Part shown: positions 10,482 to 22,339 of the stretch, one piece after another
Layout: each line of letters starts with the position of its first letter
Position numbering within the stretch: position 1 is the first letter of the stretch
From: Mantamonas sphyraenae STR306
Taxonomy: Eukaryota; Protista; CRuMs
Direction of reading: 5' to 3'
NCBI GenBank assembly: GCA_026936335.1
Contig: JAPMXV010000003.1
Span: 124,001-188,000, forward strand
DNA: 64,000 nt
Made by a program: the position numbers and the translations under genes
Notes under the pieces: model-generated
What the model saw: the letters and a program-made list of their open reading frames with translations, nothing else
Told to the model about the DNA's origin: nothing
The model's database searches: none

Positions 10482-12239
10482 ATGAGTGTGATTACAGGGG
10501 TGGCATTAGCCATTGGTGGCAACACGTTGGGATCGGTGGCGCTAGTGACGCAGAAACACGCACACAATCAGAATCAGAAGCTTGCGTCGCCGCAGAACAT
10601 CACACGGAACCCTGTGTGGGTGTTGGGATTGGTACTGATGGTGGCGGGCGAGTTGGGCAACTTTGCGGCATATGGATATGCGCCAGCGATGGTGGTGGCA
10701 CCATTGGGAGCGGTAGGTGTGGGGCGGCGGGTTCGGTGGGACGCGAGGCGCGGACTGGGTTCAACGGCTGACACAAACCCGTGCCGGGGCCGTACGCGCG
10801 TGGGCCATATGGAGAGCAGGTGAGCGTGGTGGCAAATGCCATCCTGGCTCGAGTGGTGCTGAAGGAGGCATTCCTGATCCGGCACCTGATCGGGATCATC
10901 TTTGCCATTGCTGGCTCGGTCATCATTGTGGTCAGCGCTCCGAACGTGAGTGCCATTTTTCGCTTGTCCGTGACGCGAGGACGCGTGGACTGGGCGACGC
11001 AAAGAGCTGGAGGGTGGCACGGGTGTGGAGCAGTGCGTGACGATGATGAGATTGGCTGACACGGAATGTGTGCGGCGTGTGTGCGGGTGTGTGGACACAG
11101 GACGACGGAGAAGTGTCAGCCGAGGAGTTCCTGCGGCTCATTTCGGAGACGGCGTTCATCGTGTACATTGTGCTGCTGGTGCTGACTGTGGCGCTGCTTT
11201 TCCGACTTGCACCCAAGTACGGCAAGCGGACGGTGGTGATCTACATCGGGCTGTGCTCCCTGCTGGGATCGGTGACGGTGATGTGTTCCAAGGGCGTGTC
11301 GACGGCGCTCCGGCTGTCGTTTGAGGGAGACAACCAGTTTACGAGCGCAGTGCCGTACATCCTGGTGCTTCTTTTGGTGACGATGACGGTGTCGCAGGTG
11401 CACTATCTGAACAAGGCCATGGCTGCGTTCGACAGCACGATTGTGGTCCCGGTGTACTTTGTCATGTTTACAATGGCTTCCATTCTCGGCGGCCTCATGC
11501 TGTACCAGGAGTTTAACGACATGTCTGCGGGAGGGGTGTTCTCCTTTGCGGTGGGGTTCACTCTCACCTCGATGGGGGTGTACTTCATCAGCAAAAAGAG
11601 CCTGGACGGGGCCGACGAGGCGGTCAAGGGCATGGGAGATGCGTGGGATTGTACGTGTTGAGCCAAAAGTGGGGCAGGAAAGGGTGAGAGTAGAGGCCTG
11701 GTGAACAATGACTGACACGGCACACATACACACCGTACACAGTGGACCCGGAGGACAAGGACAAGGACAGCGAGGAAACGGAATTGTCACAGCAGCGCAG
11801 ACGAAGCGAATCGGTTTCTTCAATCACATCGGATTTGGGAGACACAACGACGACGCCCATTCTTTTGGCAGGGAGCGGTTACGAGGCATCGGAGCGGTAT
11901 GGAAGGCGGCGAGGGTCAACGTTGGCACAGGCAATGCGGCGGTTTGAAAAGTGGGCAGAAATGCCCCTGGAGCACCAAGGGGCAGGTACAGGCCCCAGTG
12001 GGAGTGACGATGATGAGGAGGGAGCGATGTACCCGGGGGTTCCACGAGAGGGACGCGCCGAGCGAAGCATGCGCTCGGCCAGTGTCATTCCCAACACGGG
12101 CCTGGCGTTCTTTGCCGAGCACGTGGCCAAGGAGCGGGAACAGGAGCAGCGACGCAACTCGCTGACAATTGGTTCGGTGTACTTGGGTGGCCTGGAAGAC
12201 CACCACAAGGGTGTGGGAGAGAGCAAGACGAAGAATTGA
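10482..12239 (+). CDS. NIPA-family magnesium transporter
   Basis: GELGNFAAYGYAPAMVVAPLGA, YIGLCSLLGSVTV, QVHYLNKAM...FDSTIVVPVYFV; introns ~10712-10819, 10946-11100, 11652-11741. Confidence 0.9.
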
Positions 12240-12292
12240 AGACGCGACCGATGCTGGTGGTGGATTTTGCATTGCAGGCAAGCTTGCCTCGC

Positions 12293-13907
12293 TCAGGCAG
12301 AGGCAGGCGCAGCACCGCCAAAGACGGCATCGACCATACGGCCGATGAGGAAGAAGAGGACGGCGACGAGGACGAGGTGCCAGACCTGGTAGCCGTCGGG
12401 TGCGCGTGCACGTGCCTTTTCGCTCTCCATGCGCTTGATCTGATTGGTGAAGCCCTTGATCTTCATCTCCTGTGCGCTGATGGTGGCCTTCATGGACTCA
12501 ATGCTAGCCCCGCTGCCCGAGGAGCTAGTTGCGCTCGACGGTGTGCTCGTGGAGACCTTGTCGGACGAGCCCGACGTGGATGCGTTGTGGCGCTTGTGCA
12601 GGCCTGTGTTCTGCGACGCCACAGTGTTGCTCTGCAGTGGGACGGCATGTGTGCAAACAAAGCGTGAGCGTGAGCGAGATCGTCGACGACGTCATCCAAA
12701 CTTTCTCCCGCGCACGGTTCTCCTTTCCTCGCTGCTGCTTACGTTGGTCTTGAGGGTGTCTCCGGAATTCTCGGGCGGGTCCTGTATGGGCACAGGCGTG
12801 GAATGGCGTCAAGAAACAGATGTGAGAAGCGCTGCGTGGTGCGTGGCGGGCGTGTGCACGGGCTCGGAAAAAACGAGAGAGTGGAAATGTGCCGACGTAC
12901 GACAAAGTGGCACTTGAGCTTCTTCTGCGTGCCCTCCTTCCACTACACACGGTGCGCATACGGTGCGAGGAAGCCCACACATGAAACAGGCGACATGTTG
13001 CCGGGGTGTTGCGGGAATGGGGGATCCGGAGCGAGGGTGGTGTCAGTGTTACGTGCGTGGCGAGCAATTTCAGGGCGAGCCCTCTGGCGTCGCGTGTTTT
13101 CGACGCCACGGCGTTGTGCAGATGAGAACAGCGCGATGCAAGAGCTCCCTGGCGCGTCTTGCCGACCGGTGGGTGCTGTGCTGGGCACGGGACGAGCCAA
13201 AAGGACGCAGTTGGGCGGGGAGGCTGGTGCCGAAAACGTACCGTCTCGCTGGGCACTTGCTCGACGGCGGTGATGGACGAGTTCACCACGCACGACTGGA
13301 TCATAAACTTGTCCTTGTGCTCCTCAGAGTCATTGACGGGCTGCAGTAGCACTGTGGAAGGGAGCGATCGTAGATACGCAGAGGGTCAGAGAGGAACAGG
13401 GAACGGTGGGGAAAGGAGCGGGTTACGGAGGTCAAACGGAATCGGCAAACGCAGTTCCGGCGCACACACAGTGGCCAGAGAGGATGATGGGGCACACCTG
13501 GAAGCAAGTGCGTGTGGTACACAACACACACAGACTGTGACGGGTGGAGAGGGCGTCATGCGACGCTGTATGCAGCCAGAGTGACGCGCGGCGTTGAGGG
13601 CCACGTCGTCGGAATGGGAAAACTCACCCTTGACCTCGGTGGTGGCACCACCGTCGAGGATCCCGGCGTTGGGACGCACGCAGTACCGCGCCGGCGCAGT
13701 CGTTTTGACCTTGTATGCCACCTTCTCCGACAGCGGGTTGCTCAGGGTAAGCACCTCCTGCAGCACACGGTCCAGGGGACCTGTAGGGACGGCTTGGAGT
13801 CAGCAGAAGCAAGAGGGATGGTGAGGCGGTAAGCGGAGGGTGCATCACGTACGCGTGAACTGAATAGCTGACGGGGACACATTCACAATGCTATCCTTTT
13901 TGCTCAT
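12293..13907 (-). CDS. VAP: VAMP-associated protein (MSP domain, coiled coil, C-terminal TM)
   Basis: VAYKVKTTAPARYCVRPNAG, HKDKFMIQS, TM WHLVLVAVLFFLIGR; multi-exon. Confidence 0.9.
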
Positions 13908-14068
13908 TTGGGCAACAAAATTGCGCGGTTGGTTGCGGCGGGGCGGGGGGCGTGTGATGGTGCTGTGGATGGACAACGGACAATGCACACAGGACACACA
14001 TGGGATGGAGTGACGGGATGGTGGCGGAGTTGGGTGTGTTGGAACACACGGAGTGCAGAGTCTTGGAA

Positions 14069-15305
14069 TCATTCGTCGTCCGCAGACCCCGAGCCAAGTT
14101 GCCCACCCTTCACACTGACATGCCGCCTCTTCTTGCTGCCTGCCTTGCGTTCCACTTTGACTGTTTGGCTTTGGAGAAAGGCGAGCTCGTTGAGGCGGTC
14201 AGCAAACAGATCCGCCTCGTTGGAAGGCACCGAGCAGCTCATTGGGTTGGCATACAGCGAAATGGCGTGTGCTGCCGACGAAGACGAACTGGCCGACGAG
14301 TTTGAGCCTGTGCTGCCTCTCCTTCGTGCGCCTCCTCCATTGGGTCCGCTGCGCGTGTTACGGCCCGTGCCCCGTCGCCCGCTGCCGCTCTTTGCGTTGC
14401 CCGCAAGCGACAAAGACCCGCCACGACTGGTGCTCCCTCCACTGCTTCCACTGACCCCGCTGTTGCCTCCATATACGTCTACAAAGGCTCGGCTGGCCTT
14501 TTTCCTGCGCATCCGTGGCCGTCGTAGGTCATTTTCGCTCGACACGCGTTGCAAATCGCCTCCAGTGCTCGCCGACTTGCTGATGCGGCCTTTGGAGTCA
14601 CCTCCACTCGTCATACTGCTGCTGCTGCTGCTGGTGGTGCCGCCATTTCCATCTCCGTGGTTGTCGCCATTCGACCCGCTGTTGGTGATCATCAGTGTTG
14701 CTGCCTCGCTCCCTTGTCCCGCCGACGACGCCGCTGCTGCTACTGCTGCTGCTGCGGCGGCGGCTGCTGCCTTTCGCTGAGCCTTTCGCTTTGTTTTTTC
14801 CCTTCTCGCCCTGTTTGCGTGCGGGGTTGGAGGGGGAGGGTGAGTTGCGATACGTGGTTTGTGCTCGCTTGGCAGGGGAAGGGGTTCGCAAAGTGAGACT
14901 CTCACCTTGCCTTGGCCGCTCGCTCAGCCTCCATGGCTGCCTGCTCATCAGCTTCACGCTTGCGCATCAGAAGAGCTTCATCCCTGCGCCGTGTGTCCTC
15001 TGCGTCCCAGCATTCTTTCTGGAACGCCTGTGCGATGTGCGGGTGGTGAGTACACGGGTAACAGCGTGTCTGCCATGGCACGATTCCTGCCCAAGTGCTT
15101 ACCTCCATGGCGTTGATCACTTCTATGTTTTGTTCCACCGCGTTTTGCACACTGTGGTAGTGCAGGGCATGTCAGCAAGGCGGTTTCGCGGGTTGAAAGA
15201 GGAGGGAAACGGTTCGAGTAGGTCGATTCAGGCTGTGGCTCACCTAACAAACTCCACCATCTCATTGACGAGCTGTGTGATCACCGCTTTGTCACCACTG
15301 CTCAT
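14069..15305 (-). CDS. Hypothetical protein (coiled coil plus low complexity)
   Basis: ATG 15305 (MSSGDKAVITQLVNEMVEF); three GT-AG introns (~15243-15153, 15102-15029, ~14905-14811) join the ORF pieces in frame. Confidence 0.65.
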
Positions 15306-15403
15306 GTGCGGGGGTGAGGGGGGGGGGGGCACGTGGTGACGGGTGGTGCTGCGTGCGCCTGCGCCCTCGCTCACGGCCCCAACACATCCCCTCCACACCT
15401 CCA

Positions 15404-16705
15404 ATGAGCCAAAATCCGTTTGACGACCTGGACAGCGACGAGGAGCAAGAGCTGTTTGGCGCTGGAGGGCTGGACAATGGCGAGGACGATGCCGACCAGG
15501 CCGCGCGGAGGCCCGGCACGTCTGGCGGCGCCGTGCTGGGTGACATCCACTCCCCCAGCAACGGCTCGCCCTTTGACAACATTGACTTTGAGGAAGAAGA
15601 GGACAGTGTGATTGAGGACCGTCAGTCGCTGCTCTCTTCGCCCAGCAACTCGTCCGCCCATTCCTTTGTCTCTGCCTCACAGGTGGGCGGCAACACAAAG
15701 GTCTCCAAGCTCGGTGGCTCGGCAAACAGCCCAGCCACAGTTGGTTCCACCTCCTCCCAGCCACGTATGATCTCTTCTTCTTCCACCGCACGCTCTGCCG
15801 CGCAGTCGGGGCCGCACCCCGACGATTCTCCCATGGACACACTCGACGAACCCGTCGCAGACACACTGGTATGCACCGCCTATCTTCCTCACCTGCCCTC
15901 CCTCTTCCTTTGCACCACACGCACACAAACACACGCACACACACACACACACACACCCATCACTCTTCCAGTTTGTGCCTCATTGTACCCTGACCACCGC
16001 GCTCACCCCCCAATCCCCCAATCCCCCCCCCCCGTGCCGCCGACACACAGAAACGGGATCTCAAGCGCATTGGTATCAAACTTTGGCATGTACTTTATCC
16101 CAAGGATTCGTCCTTCTCTGTCCTGCGTGACTGGGACCTGTGGGGCCCGCTGCTTCTCTGCCTCATGCTCGCCATGTACGTCTGCGCCTTTTCGGCCCTT
16201 TCCCACGCCACCACACATTCCATGGCCCTCCTCGTCCTTGTCATGTTCGTGTGTTGTGTGAATACGTGCGCAGCTGAAGTGCATGTGCCTTTGTCCGTAC
16301 GTTGCTAACCCGCTGTTTGGGCCGTCTGTGCTGCAAAGCATGCTGAGTTCCAGTTCCCGCGACGACCAGTCCGAGACTGTGTTTGCCTCTGTGTTTGTCA
16401 TTGTTTGGGTGGGTGCAGCCATTGTCACTCTCAACGGTGCCCTTCTCGGCGGTGCCATCTCCTTCTTCCAGAGCGTCTGTGTGTTGGGCTACTGCCTGGC
16501 ACCCCTGAACATCGCCCTCCTCATCTGCAGGCTCGTCCCTGTCCTCGCCGTCCGTGCCATCGTGTCCATTGTGGCGTTTGCCTGGTCCACACGCGCCGCC
16601 GTCGCGTTTCTGGCCAACCACGTGCCCGAGAACAGGCGACTCCTCGCCTCGTACCCGATCGCGCTTTTCTACCTCTCTGTCGCCTGGCTGGTGTTTATTC
16701 AATAG
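15404..16705 (+). CDS. YIPF6: Yip1-domain Golgi protein
   Basis: DTLDEPV, LRDWDLWGPL, GGAISFFQSVCVLGYCLAPL, YPIALFY; two introns. Confidence 0.9.
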
Positions 16706-16825
16706 AGGGGCCACATCCCACGCGCCTTTCGCCCTCCCATTCCTTCCCCCCACCCACCCTCCCTCCATCCATCCATCCATCCCCAAACAGGATCACCTCC
16801 GCTTGACCCAACCGAACCCTCCGCG

Positions 16826-18346
16826 ATGGACTTGTCTCTTGCCACCCTACTCTGGCTTCTGGTGGGCGTGCTGGTCGTCCTTGTACTCGCTGCGCTGCTG
16901 GTGCCACGCATCAACATGCCGGAGCTGATGGAGCTGCCCGGTGTCAACCTGCTGCAGAGCATGTGGGACCTCTTGACCCACCGGGACGAAAAGATGTACC
17001 ACCTGCTGCGCCAGTACAGCGCCCGTGCTCAGCACACTCTGTTCTGTTTCTGGTTCTCGCCCACCACTCCGATGGTGGGCGTGGCCCATCCGGCTGCGGC
17101 CAAGGACATCCTCATGAACAACGACAACATCACAAAATCGGACCTGTACACGTTTATGCACCCGTGGCTGGGCACCGGCCTGCTCACAAGCACCCACCAG
17201 AAGTGGGACTACCGCCGCACCCTGCTCACGCCGGCTTTCCACACCGACGCCCTCATGGAACACTATGTGGAGGTGTTTAACCGCAACGCACAAAAACTCG
17301 TGCGAAAGTGGGGCCGCCACGCAGACGAGGGCGACCACTTTGACCCGTTCCCGGCCATCACCCACATGGCCCTTGATGCCATCAACATGTGCGCCATGGG
17401 GGTGGAACTCAACTCCCTCGATGCCACCGAGGGTGAGAACAACGAGTACGTGGAGGCCATCTACGCTGCCAGCAACCTCCTGTGGGGTCGCATGACCTCG
17501 CCCCACATGTGGATCGACTGGCTGTGGAAGAGCAGCGCCAAGGGCAAACAGTTCCAGGCTGCCGTCGATCGCATGAACGGCTTCACCACGTCGGTGATTG
17601 CCAAGAAGCGCAAGGAGCACGAGGAGAACGGCCCTCCTGACGACCACGAGGCCTCCTTCCTGGACATCCTGCTGCAGGCAGAAACCCAGAGTGGCGAGCG
17701 CCTGTCGGACGCCGACCTGCTGGAAGAGGTGGAGACGTTTATGTTTGAGGGCCACGACACCACGTCCAGTGGCATGCTGTGGACGCTTTGGCTGATGGGA
17801 CAGGACCCCGAGGTGGTGGCCAAGGCCCAGCAGGAAGTCGATGCCGTGTTTGGCTCCTCCGAAACCCTGGACATGGAGCAAATCAAGGAGTTTGAGTACC
17901 TGGACATGTGCATCAAGGAGGGCCTCCGTATGTATCCGCCTGTGCCCAACATTGCCCGTCGCGTTGAAACACGCATGACCATCCTCGGTGTGTCCATCCC
18001 CGTGGGTGCCAACGTCGCCGTCAACCCGTCGCTCATCCACTACAACCCGGACGTGTGGGACGAGCCGCAAAAGTTTAACCCCGATCGCTTTTCGCGGGAG
18101 AACAGCAAGGGCCGTGACCCGTTTGCCTTTGTGCCCTTCAGCGCAGGCAAACGTAACTGCATCGGACGCATGTTTGCCCTGCGGGAGATGAAGGTCTTTC
18201 TGGCCCACGTCCTGCGCAACTACACGCCGTCCACCCCGCCCATGGGTGACCCCAAGCCCCTCCTCGAGCTCATCATGCGTCCCAAGGACCCCGTGTACAT
18301 CAGCCTGGCACGTCGCGAGGGTGCATCGTCGTCATCGTCGAAGTGA
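16826..18346 (+). CDS. Cytochrome P450, CYP4-clan-like
   Basis: N-terminal TM, EEVETFMFEGHDTT, KEGLR, FNPDRF, PFSAGKRNCIG. Confidence 0.95.
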   Translation: MDLSLATLLWLLVGVLVVLVLAALLVPRINMPELMELPGVNLLQSMWDLLTHRDEKMYHLLRQYSARAQHTLFCFWFSPTTPMVGVAHPAAAKDILMNNDNITKSDLYTFMHPWLGTGLLTSTHQKWDYRRTLLTPAFHTDALMEHYVEVFNRNAQKLVRKWGRHADEGDHFDPFPAITHMALDAINMCAMGVELNSLDATEGENNEYVEAIYAASNLLWGRMTSPHMWIDWLWKSSAKGKQFQAAVDRMNGFTTSVIAKKRKEHEENGPPDDHEASFLDILLQAETQSGERLSDADLLEEVETFMFEGHDTTSSGMLWTLWLMGQDPEVVAKAQQEVDAVFGSSETLDMEQIKEFEYLDMCIKEGLRMYPPVPNIARRVETRMTILGVSIPVGANVAVNPSLIHYNPDVWDEPQKFNPDRFSRENSKGRDPFAFVPFSAGKRNCIGRMFALREMKVFLAHVLRNYTPSTPPMGDPKPLLELIMRPKDPVYISLARREGASSSSSK

Positions 18347-18388
18347 AGGGAATGAACAACGAACAACGTTCTCAGTTTATTACTGTGT

Positions 18389-19420
18389 TCACTGCTTGCT
18401 GCAGTCAATGTCCATCTTCAATCCCTGCTGCAGGTAGTAACAGTACCACTGCATGGCGTTCTGGCTCTCAACATGGATGTCACGGCTTTCGATGTGGTTG
18501 TCGTAGGCCAGGGCCTTGGCAAAGGACCAGCCCAGGAACTGCATGTAATAAGAGCCGCTCATCTCGCCGGTGCGGTCTTCGCCTGCCTCACAATGGATGT
18601 AGAGCACTGTGGTGCGGTTGCTGGCCATGCCGGTCTTCAGGTGCTGCTTCAACGCAGGGATGCGCTCGTGCAGCTTGTCCATCTGCCACTCATCCAGAGT
18701 GGCTGCCAGACGGTTGCGCAGATCCTTGGGCAGCTTGTCTGGGTCGATGAGACTGCCCACCGTCAGCCAGTGCACGTACTCGCCCTTGTTTGCGTTTGCC
18801 TTGAAGAATGCCTCTTCCATTTCCATGTCGTGGCGCTCCTGTGGCGACAGCGGTTCCAGCAGGCTGTGGGTGGGTGGATGACGAGTGATCGTGTGCATGA
18901 TCCAAAACGGGGAAACGAGTGTACAGTGCCCGAGTGTGAGCGAGATGTTTGCTGCGCAAGAACGGCGCGTGGACGTGCTTCCATACTTGAAATCCACAAG
19001 GTAAAAGTCGTCCGGAAGGGTGCAGTTGCCTTCTTCCTTGCATCGTGAGGCCATGGCTGCCTTGAGCTGGTCGTACGCAAAGGCTGGCGCTGTGGGAAGG
19101 GGCAGGCGTGCGGCGGCAGGTGCCAAGATTATCGCGTGTGAGCGTGTGGTCGTCTCTCACTGCCCAGCAACACCGGCACACGCGTGGAAACCACGCTCAA
19201 GTGGTATCACGGAGCATCGGCAGTGTGGGAGGTGTGTTGGGTGTGGGGTGTGCCTGCGCTGGTACGTACGCGAGCCTCCCGTTCGCGGTTCGTTGCCACG
19301 GAAGAGGTAGTTGGTGTTGCCGTTGCTGTCCACAGCCTTGTCGATAAAGTGGACGCGGGAAGGGTCCAGAGCGGCAAAGCAGAGCACCACACACGCAGCC
19401 AGAGTGAAGAGACGAAGCAT
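18389..19420 (-). CDS. Signal-peptide-bearing protein tyrosine/dual-specificity phosphatase-like protein
   Basis: MLRLFTLAACVVLCFAALD signal, NYLFRGNEP, IHCEAGEDRTG (CX5R); two introns. Confidence 0.75.
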
Positions 19421-19491
19421 GATGGGGACACAAGTGTTTTGGTTCGCCGCCCGCACGAGTGCATGCAGCGAATCACAGTCGACTGAGGACG

Positions 19492-21213
19492 ATGCAGCGA
19501 AGCGGGAAGAGAGAACGTGAGGATGGAGAGGTAGAGCACAATGGGCAGGGGCTGGATAGCAAGCGGGCGCGCACGGAGGTGCCGAGCAAGCACTCATCAC
19601 AATCGTCCTCCAGCACGCCCGGCGCACTTTCCACCGCAGGCACACAGACATACGAAGCTGAGGTTGCCCAGCAACTGGAGCGCATCGGTGAACGCAAGGA
19701 CGAGCAAGAGAGGCTGCAGGAGCAACGCAGGAAGCTGCAGCTGCGCATGGCCCAGGTGCACATGGCGCGGAAGCCGCTGCTGAACGACTCGGACACGCCA
19801 GCGTCGCCCGCCTCGGATGCAGACACCGATGCAGACGAAGAGAAGGAACACGACGATGATGACGACGACGAAGAGGTGGACGACGAGTCGAGCACAGTCA
19901 TTCTGGTGAGCAAAGAGGCCAGCGAAGACACACAGGCACGGCCGAGCAGCAGCAGCAACAGCAGCAACAACAACAGCAACGCACGAGAGGACACAGAGGG
20001 AGGACAGCCCCACACAAACACAGAGACACAGAGAGGCAAGGGACAGGAGTCGGGCATGGCGTCGGGAAACTCGTCTGCCTCCTCGGACATGTTTGCCTCG
20101 ACTTCACCTGCGTCCTCAGGCTCCGAGAGCCATACAGCAGTGGTGGCTGCGGTGCGCAAAGGTTCAGAAGAGAACAGCACACTGCAGGACAACTGGGACG
20201 ACGCCGAAGGGTACTACGTAGCGCGGCTGGGCGAACTGTTGGCGCAAGGCAGATACAAACTGATTTCCAAGATCGGCAGGGGTGTGTTTTCGACGGTGGT
20301 CAGATCGGAAGACACGCACACGGGACAGGCGGTGGCCATCAAGCTCATCCGCAACAACGAGGTGATGCACAGGGCGGGGATGCGCGAGATCGAGCTCCTC
20401 AAACGGCTGATGAAGGATGATCCGGAGGGAAAGAAGCACTGTGTGCGCATGCTGGACCATTTCGAGGAACGCGGACACCTTTGCTTGGTGTTTGAAAGCA
20501 TGGCGATGAATGCGCGCGAGTTGCTGCGCAAGTTTGGGAAGAATGTGGGCCTGAGCGTCCAAGCGGTGCGTGTGTACGCCAAACAGATGCTGATCGCCCT
20601 GAGACAGCTCAAGCAGCTGGGAATCATGCATGCAGATATCAAACTGGACAACATGGTGGTCAACGAACAGTTCAACGTCATGAAACTGTGCGACTTTGGC
20701 TCGGCGTCTCCCGTGGAGGAGAACGACATCACCCCGTACCTGGTCAGTCGCTTCTATCGTGCGCCAGAGATTATTCTGGGGATGCGGTACGACTGTGCCC
20801 TGGACATGTGGTCTGTCGGCTGCTGCCTGTACGAACTCTTTACGGGCAAGGTCTGCTTCCCAGGCAAGGACAACAACGACATGCTGCGGCTGTTCCAGGA
20901 AACCAAGGGCCGCTTTCCCAACCGTATGCTGCGCAAGGGGGAGCTCAGCGAAGGCCATTTTGACGGCCAGTACTTCCTGCATCAGACCGACGACAAGATC
21001 AACGGCCAGCAGATGGCCAAACGGCTCTTGTTTACAGAGAAACCAAACCGACCCGTTGCCGACCGTCTCTTTGAAGGATTCAAGCCGGCGTCAGGCGAAG
21101 AGGCAAAGAGGGCCAAGCTCCTGGCTGACCTCTTGGACAAGATGTTTGTCCTCGACCCCAGCAAACGCATCTCTGTCGGCCAGGCGTTGAAACATCCGTT
21201 CCTGAAGGCATGA
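19492..21213 (+). CDS. PRPF4B: PRP4 Ser/Thr kinase
   Basis: DNWDDAEGYY, GRGVFSTV, HADIKLDN, LCDFGSA, ITPYLVSRFYRAPEIILG. Start codon uncertain. Confidence 0.93.
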   Translation: MQRSGKREREDGEVEHNGQGLDSKRARTEVPSKHSSQSSSSTPGALSTAGTQTYEAEVAQQLERIGERKDEQERLQEQRRKLQLRMAQVHMARKPLLNDSDTPASPASDADTDADEEKEHDDDDDDEEVDDESSTVILVSKEASEDTQARPSSSSNSSNNNSNAREDTEGGQPHTNTETQRGKGQESGMASGNSSASSDMFASTSPASSGSESHTAVVAAVRKGSEENSTLQDNWDDAEGYYVARLGELLAQGRYKLISKIGRGVFSTVVRSEDTHTGQAVAIKLIRNNEVMHRAGMREIELLKRLMKDDPEGKKHCVRMLDHFEERGHLCLVFESMAMNARELLRKFGKNVGLSVQAVRVYAKQMLIALRQLKQLGIMHADIKLDNMVVNEQFNVMKLCDFGSASPVEENDITPYLVSRFYRAPEIILGMRYDCALDMWSVGCCLYELFTGKVCFPGKDNNDMLRLFQETKGRFPNRMLRKGELSEGHFDGQYFLHQTDDKINGQQMAKRLLFTEKPNRPVADRLFEGFKPASGEEAKRAKLLADLLDKMFVLDPSKRISVGQALKHPFLKA

Positions 21214-21368
21214 GTGCGTACGATAGCTGGAATCTGTGGCGAGGTGGTGCACAAGCAGGAGCTCGTGATTCCATGTGCGTGTGCTGGGTTGCGCGCCGAG
21301 ATGACCACATGAAACCCTGAAGTTTTCAAAAGCCTTTCAATCCGAAATGGACAGCCCCCCAATCCGAA

Positions 21369-22154
21369 ATGGACAGCCTTACAACAACAACCACCTTCAA
21401 TGGCAACCACAACCACGGCTTGTCTGACGACACCGGTTCTGTGTCCTCAAGCAGCACCTCGTCGACCGAACGCGACACAGGTCCACCTGTTCACGACGAT
21501 GCGACGTACCGCGCCATGGAACTGGAAAAATTGCCTGGCTTCCTTGAGTTGACACCTGAGAACGAGTTTGAACTGAGCGAGGCTGGTTCCGCAAGCATTG
21601 AAAGTCCGGTTTCTCGTGTTGAAGACCTTTCTGATCAGCAGCGCGGATCAGAAGAGGTTTCAACTCGGGAATCCAGACTCTTCATGCGTACGGAACCAGC
21701 CTCGAGCCCTGCTGCGTCAGAATCGGCGGACACGGGCAGCAGGAAGCGAGAGCGGGACGACGGAAACGAAGAGGGGAATGGGGTCGACCTTTTTCCCTCC
21801 CAAACACAAAAACGCCAGCGTGTGGTGGTGGACGCGAGACCCCATGATAACGACGTTATCGACGAGGATGGCCCTGTGTATTACAAGATCCCCTACCCAG
21901 ACCTGGACATGAACACCACCGTGATCGATCCAGTGGGTGAGGAACACTACGCTGTGAATGTTGGGTCGGACGGTGGATTCCGGTGCAACTGCGGCAAGGG
22001 CCGCGAGTACCCATCACGGGAGCGTGAACACACGAAACTGTTCTACTCGCACCTGCGCGATCAACTGAAGCAGTTTATGTGCCGTTTCTGTCAGTTGCGA
22101 GTGTGCCGCAGGGCCTGTGTGATCAAGCACATCAAAAAGATGCACAGCGTTTGA
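21369..22154 (+). CDS. C2H2 zinc-finger protein, copy A
   Basis: 261 aa; C-terminal CRFC-x12-HIKKMH plus an upstream CNC...H motif; acidic/Ser-rich N-terminus. Confidence 0.7.
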   Translation: MDSLTTTTTFNGNHNHGLSDDTGSVSSSSTSSTERDTGPPVHDDATYRAMELEKLPGFLELTPENEFELSEAGSASIESPVSRVEDLSDQQRGSEEVSTRESRLFMRTEPASSPAASESADTGSRKRERDDGNEEGNGVDLFPSQTQKRQRVVVDARPHDNDVIDEDGPVYYKIPYPDLDMNTTVIDPVGEEHYAVNVGSDGGFRCNCGKGREYPSREREHTKLFYSHLRDQLKQFMCRFCQLRVCRRACVIKHIKKMHSV

Positions 22155-22339
22155 GGCGCAGAGAGGACGTCGCGTAGAGCTGGTCAGAGAGCACACACAT
22201 GCGCACGAGAGTGGTGAGCACGAGAGTGGTGACAAGGAAGGAAAGAGAGAGAGAGCGTGTGTGTGTGAGCAGGATGACATGGTGCTCCGCGAGAGCCAAA
22301 AGAACAAACACCCAGGTTCTGGCGCACTGGTCACCCATC

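Noticed and set aside
12944-13628. Two ~280-300 nt VAP introns as ncRNA hosts
   Set aside because: Only isolated hairpins (e.g. GGCGTCG/CGACGCC); no convincing C/D or H/ACA box set by eye.
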